A DNA stretch of 29,463 nucleotides from Bugula neritina (taxonomy: Eukaryota > Animalia > Bryozoa): contig CAXIUT010000181.1 of assembly GCA_964035545.1 (NCBI GenBank), positions 1 through 29,463 of the forward strand, in the 5' to 3' direction. Position 1 is the first letter of the stretch, and the number at the start of each line of letters is the position of its first letter. The notes beneath the pieces were generated by a model. The model was not told the origin of the DNA, made no database searches, and saw only the letters and a program-made list of their open reading frames with translations. Positions 24,796 to 29,463 of this stretch are shown here, piece after piece. A program made the translations under genes and the position numbers.

Positions 24796-25796
24796 TCACA
24801 TAAAATAATCTGGAAGGGAACTCTTCATTGTCATCAATCTTAGTTGTTAAGCCAAGGTAAATGTGATAACGTTCAAAGGAATTGAAAACATGACTCTTAG
24901 ACCAGCTCCTTTGTAGAGAGCTAGAAATCCTTATTTTTTCCAACATACATATAATCCATGGAAAATATTTCTGTAGCCATAATATGTCTGTTCTAAAGGT
25001 ACTCCTTTAATTGAACTATCTGCTCTTTGAATTTGCATTCGCATTTTGATCATTTATAAAGGAGTTGTTAGAAAACCAGCGACTGCGCCTGCTCCTGATG
25101 AACAGATTATGCTTTATAATATGGTTTGGTTTTTTGGATCTTTTACTACCCATTTTTTCATTTGTTCGTATGCTGCGAAGAAGATAGCAGACATGGGACC
25201 AAAGAAAACTAAAGTAGCTCCGAAAGCTCTATATAATCCGATTAATCCTTCAGCTTTGTGTATTTTTTTCATTGCGTCTCTTGGTCCGTTATATTCGTAT
25301 AGTTTAACTACATTTTGTACTTGCATTCTTTCTTTAATGATATCGATTGGCAACCAGAGAGAGCAAGAAACAAATTATGCAAGAAAGCCAGAAGCCATAT
25401 GATTTATTGCTGGATATTTTTGGAAAAACTAAATCAAAGAAGCATTTACAGGTTTTTCTTATAAGGTGTTTTTACATTTTTCATAGATAGTAAGATAAAT
25501 TGAAAAGGCTATAATGGATCCAAATGTTGTAATGGTGACACCAGGAAAGAATCCTTTTATTCCTTATTTTTTGAATATATTTTTAGCTTTATTAAGGAAT
25601 ATGTGCCTAGTTCAAAGGAATGTCCCATTTTATAGCTGGAAAGCTATCTGAATTATATCTTATCTGCTTGAATCTTAGTTTTAACGGTGTCAATTGGGTA
25701 AGTAACAAATTTGGCTATAAAACTGGCAACAGGAGAAGAAATAGATGTGGATATTAGTTTTCTTTTTTTGTAGATTTCATCTTCAGTACTTGCCAT
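24796..25796 (-). CDS. Mitochondrial carrier (SLC25/MCF) protein
   Basis: Three Px[D/E]xxK signatures (PIDTVK, PIDIIK, PLEMIK with TAA = E) and EGxxGxYxG-type motifs. Introns 25587-25606 (GC-AG, 20 nt) and 25429-25449 (21 nt). Confidence 0.93.
25587..25606 (-). other. 20-nt GC-AG spliceosomal intron
   Basis: gcacatattccttaataaag. Removal restores the carrier frame (FELAKNIFKKEGIKG). Its length and -6 A match the other introns. Confidence 0.75.
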
Positions 25797-26216
25797 ATGA
25801 TATTTTATAATGAATTCAATATTAAAAAAGATCGAAGTATTTGCAATTGATATCATCTAATTAATACAGATAATTAGAAAATGAACTATTTATCAGTTAT
25901 CTCAATTCTAGGTCTAAGTATAGTAATCATTTGACAAACATTAAAAAACTTGAAATTCTTATTTTTTTTGAATAAAATCGAAGTTTACAGGTCATTATTT
26001 CAGCTATAAATTAAATAATAGAAGTAAAATTCTTTGAATAATAAAAATACCTCGTGACTTTATCCAACAATTATTGTTAATATAGTAGAAAAATCCATTT
26101 TTTTTATCATATTCTTTTTCCTTTTATATTTAAAGATTGATTTTACATGTCTTTTCTATTTATTTTTATCAAAAATAAGAAGGAAATAAACATAGTATAA
26201 TAAATATTATTCTAAA

Positions 26217-26696
26217 TCATTCGTTTTGGCTATTTTTATTGGCATTATATTTTTGTTTGAGTAGGATGAGATCATCGATATCATCAAAATGTTGGAAGTA
26301 TATTTTTTACACCCACTTTATTTAATTTTAGAGTATGAGTAATAAATTTTACCATATTTTAGTTTTACTAGTTCTTTTCTGAATTACTTTTTTGATATAA
26401 TACAAACGATTTGAATACTCCAAATGATGAACTTCTCTCAGAGTCATCTTCTAATGTACCAAATCAAACATCTCCTTAATTTGATTTACTTTTCCTTGCT
26501 ACAGTTATTCTTCTTAGATACTTTGATTGAGATATCGACTAAAGGAATCAAGAACATTGAATGTGTACTAGACAATTGATGTTTATTTATTGTTCTAGAT
26601 GTATTGGTTATAAGATGATGATTCTATCATCTAGTGAGATGTTAAATTAGGTTTTGTTTATTTTTTCATACCTTTGATATCTTTTTTACCCTTCAT
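26217..26696 (-). CDS. Hypothetical protein, ~159 aa
   Basis: Uninterrupted frame MKGKKDIKGMKKE...NSQNE-TGA with in-frame TAR codons. Confidence 0.65.
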
Positions 26697-26795
26697 TTTT
26701 ATTTAAAATGCAAATATATAAAGATTCTTCCTATCAACAATCTAATTAAGTAAAACTTTTTAATATATTTATATGATGTGTCTAATTTTTTACAA

Positions 26796-27814
26796 TCATG
26801 CCTGTTCAACCCATTCTTTTGCTGAAACATCGTGGTTTCTGTTCACGTCACGAATTTCACGACGGGCTACGTCAACCTTTCCTCTTTCCATCAGTTGCAA
26901 TTCAATGTGTTCCTTTACTACTGCAGCTTCACATTTGAAGATAACTACAGTGTTTCCTTCTTTCAAAGCATCATTCATATACATGAATCCTTTGACACAA
27001 CCTGTTTCGTCTCCTAAGGTCACTCTAGCTTTTTTTCCAACCTATTTCACTGATAGAACCTGAGTTAATGGAATAATACCTTGGCAATGATGTTAAGTTG
27101 CTCATCTCCTGGATCCAAACCTCCGATTTTAGACCAGGTAACTGGAGGTCTGCGTTATCCTCTTTCTTCATTGTCTCTTGGTCTTCTTTATCCTCCTCTT
27201 GTTTCTCTATTCTCTCTTGGTTTTTCTTGATAGTTTTATTCTCTATATTTTCTTTCTGGTTTATCTTATCTTTTTCTATCATAATCTCTTTGAGGTCTTT
27301 CTTCTCTTCTAGGTCTATCTTCTTCTCTTCTAGGTCTATCATATTCTCTTCTAGGTTTATCTTCTCTAGATTTATCATAGCCTCTATCTCTTCTAGGTTT
27401 ATCATTGTTTTCTCTTCTGGGTTTGTCATTGTACTCATTATTTCTTGGTCTTCTCTTTCTTTCTATTTATTTGGCTGAGATATTATTTTAAGCATTTTCT
27501 TTAATTTAAATATTTTCAGGAGTGACTCTACCAAAGATGTCGATTTAAAGAGAGATAAAGTTTTTAATGAGTCTGATTCTTCCATTTCTGATGGCAATGA
27601 CAGCTCCTTTTTTGATGAGTTTAGCAGTTTATCCTTTGAAGAAAGCTTTAGCTGATCCAGATTAATCAGCAACAACAGCTCTTATGAAGGTAGTGAGTCC
27701 ATCATTAGATTTAGCTTATTCTGTTTAGATGACTTTAACATAAACGTTATATCCGTTTCTAGCATCTACCAGAGTATTCACTTTCACAAACTGAGGTTTG
27801 GTAAGTTTTGACAT
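26796..27814 (-). CDS. Double OB-fold (SSB/At4g28440-like) nucleic-acid-binding protein with R/E/D/P repeat linker
   Basis: Domain 1 KPQFVKV...NVYVKV...VVADESG...KKGAVIAIRNG...DIFGRV...NISAKE. Domain 2 LNIIAKVLSV...LGDETG...KEGNTVVI...DVSAKEW. Intron 27060-27079. Confidence 0.85.
27150..27460 (-). repeat. Coding repeat (D[K/R]PRRE)n linker
   Basis: Repeated CCTAGAAGAGA units on the minus strand. Confidence 0.85.
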
Positions 27815-28008
27815 AAAGTTGAAATAATTAACAAAATAAATCAAACTCTAAATTCTTTCACAATCTTAAATTAAAATATTTTATTCCTTTCAGCTTCATC
27901 AACAACTATACTCTTCTTTTATCTTAAATATTATTTTCTATGCTCTAGATAAAGTTCATAATATCTTAAGGAATAAAATATGAAAAAGAAGTGTAATTTT
28001 ATAAAAAA

Positions 28009-28521
28009 TCATGAACGATCACGTAGATAATACTATTTAGCTTTTTTAAGGACTTATTCTGATTAGTTTTCTTATATTTAATGACCTGATTTATGTAATT
28101 TCTCATAGTGTCTATAAAGCTGATTGTACTCTTAGACTTAAAATGAATTAGCTTTTTGAGAAGAATAGAGAAAAAGATCTTTTTGAAATTTAGGAGGTTG
28201 TAGTAAAATATCAGCTATTTCATGCATTTATCTGATATCATTACAAACCTATTGATGTTCTGCCTCATTTATTGTTGCCATTCTGATGAATTAAGAATAC
28301 ACTTAATCATATTTACTGCTATTGTCTTGAGTTTCATATTATCTTCTTACTTTTTCTACTTTCTATCGAACTAGATCTTTCAATTGATTGCGTAGTTCTT
28401 AACATTAAAGTGCATTGATAGGATGATGATTTAAAGTGATTTCTGGGTGAATATAGTCTGTTGTTCTTTTGAATGATTATCTTCTAAGTCTGTCTTCCAG
28501 ACTCTATTCATACGATTCCAT
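28009..28521 (-). CDS. Hypothetical protein, ~170 aa
   Basis: Uninterrupted frame MESYEESLEDRLRRESF...EYYLRDRS-TGA. Confidence 0.75.
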
Positions 28522-28545
28522 TGTTATATTTAAATAGTTACTATA

Positions 28546-28857
28546 ATGCCGACTTTTATTCACAAACCAACTCTGATGTTTTACAGGAGGCTACTAAAGA
28601 CAATGATGAAGACCTTTTATGGAGATTATAATATGTTTCATCAATGTAGAATATAGGCTAGAAAGAAAATCATGGAAAGTTAGCATTTAAGAGATCCTGT
28701 TGATATTCAATAAAAAATATTTTTTGGGTAAGAAGTTAGAGATACTTTATCTGTCAATGTTATGCAAGGTACTCTGCAATAAAATGGCAACTATCGATTT
28801 AAAGCTCGCTCAGAACATGCTATGGGATCATCTATTAAAGATGGTAGTGCCCAGTGA
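28546..28857 (+). CDS. LYRM7: LYR-motif complex III assembly factor Mzm1/LYRM7, 103 aa
   Basis: FYRRLLK...FYGD...CRIEARKK...EEVRDTLSVNVMQG...GNYRF matches the LYRM7 pattern (YR..L, F.GD, NV.QG). Confidence 0.75.
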
Positions 28858-28906
28858 TATTAAAACAACTATTATGACTTATCAACAGATATGCTAAATG
28901 TTATTA

Positions 28907-29122
28907 TCATTTCTTTTATTCTTTTATCACGTAGACCCACTTCCACTCTCCTCCCTTCATCATCTCTTACTTCTATAAGTATTTGAAGGTGTTCATCTTC
29001 TCCCTGATCTATGAAAATTTGAAGTATTCATAGCGATACATCGGATAAACAAAGAATCTTTGAACACTTCTTAGTATTTTTCTGTCATTCTCTAGACATT
29101 TCTTCAAAAATTGCAAAATCAT
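28907..29122 (-). CDS. Possible small protein, 71 aa
   Basis: MILQFLKKCLENDRKILRSVQRFF...GGEWKWVYVIKEEKK-TGA. It fills the gap exactly, uses in-frame TAR codons and ends TGA-T. No family recognised. Confidence 0.45.
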
Positions 29123-29140
29123 TAAAATAATATAAATATA

Positions 29141-29382
29141 ATGTAAAAAGATAAGAAAGGATTCGTCAAGTTGTCTTCTGGTAATTTGATACCAGTTATC
29201 GGATTCGGTACTTATCAAATGCAAGGAAAGTAATGTTACCAAGGAGTGAAGCATGCTCTTGAGGTGGGATATACACACATAGATACAGCAACAATCTACA
29301 AAAATGAATAAGATATTGGTAGAGCATTAAAAGATATGCAAATTGATCGTTCTAAAATATTTATAACTAGCAAGATATCACC
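29141..29382 (+). CDS. Aldo-keto reductase, 3'-truncated by telomere addition
   Basis: KLSSGNLIPVIGFGTY...[25 protein letters not shown]...RSKIFITSKISP, then telomere. Only ~81 codons of a family whose members are typically near 300 aa. No stop codon. Confidence 0.92.
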
Positions 29383-29463
29383 GGGGTTGGGGTTGGGGTT
29401 GGGGTTGGGGTTGGGGTTGGGGTTGGGGTTGGGGTTGGGGTTGGGGTTGGGGTTGGGGTTGGG
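29383..29463 (+). repeat. Right telomere, (GGGGTT)n
   Basis: Perfect G4T2 repeat running to the 3' terminus, the reverse complement of the left-end repeat. Confidence 0.98.

Noticed and set aside
25797-26216. Longest intergenic gap as an ncRNA or tRNA locus
   Set aside because: It is very AT-rich, with no cloverleaf or snoRNA boxes recognisable by eye and only very short ORFs. An Infernal/tRNAscan search would settle it.
639-29278. Most ORFs in the supplied six-frame track (e.g. 639-1148 -, 7639-7905 +, 14378-14602 +, 17935-18150 -, 18698-18883 -, 27098-27478 +)
   Set aside because: They were computed with TAA/TAG as stops. They are antisense or off-frame shadows, or fragments, of the table-30 genes.
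181-29382. Pseudogene field, or the standard ciliate code (UAR = Gln)
   Set aside because: In-frame TAA/TAG fall at conserved Glu positions in otherwise intact genes and align with GAA in paralogs.
1-29463. Linear virus, plasmid or mobile element
   Set aside because: No polymerase, capsid, transposase or integrase was seen. The content is intron-bearing nuclear housekeeping genes.

Overview
This is a eukaryotic, apparently complete telomere-to-telomere linear molecule of 29.5 kb, with (CCCCAA)n at 1-105 and (GGGGTT)n at 29383-29463. It is most consistent with a ciliate macronuclear chromosome. Conserved motifs and aligned paralogs show that TAA and TAG both encode glutamate and that TGA is the only stop (translation table 30, known from peritrich ciliates), so the supplied standard-code ORF track is mostly fragments and antisense shadows. 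Read in this code, the molecule is almost wall-to-wall coding, with about 24 genes separated by spacers often of 18-80 bp. Recognisable products are a SNF1/AMPK-type kinase, EMC10-like, a PWWP protein, a B-box protein, a ~1,700-aa type I membrane protein, mS45-like, GAR1, MetRS, two tandem C2/Gly-Met proteins, UTP6, a CEP89-like coiled-coil protein, a pseudokinase, a mitochondrial carrier, a double OB-fold protein, LYRM7 and an aldo-keto reductase. Four observations stand out. (1) There are 18 tiny introns (14 of 20 nt, 3 of 21 nt, 1 of 23 nt), all with an A exactly 6 nt from the 3' end, including a GC-AAG intron. (2) 21 of 23 stops are TGA-T. (3) The right telomere was added inside the aldo-keto reductase CDS. 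(4) Divergent start codons lie as little as 18-24 bp apart. Single-base indels in homopolymers between ~7.8 and 22.5 kb are most likely sequencing errors. All gene models come from manual translation without database searches.
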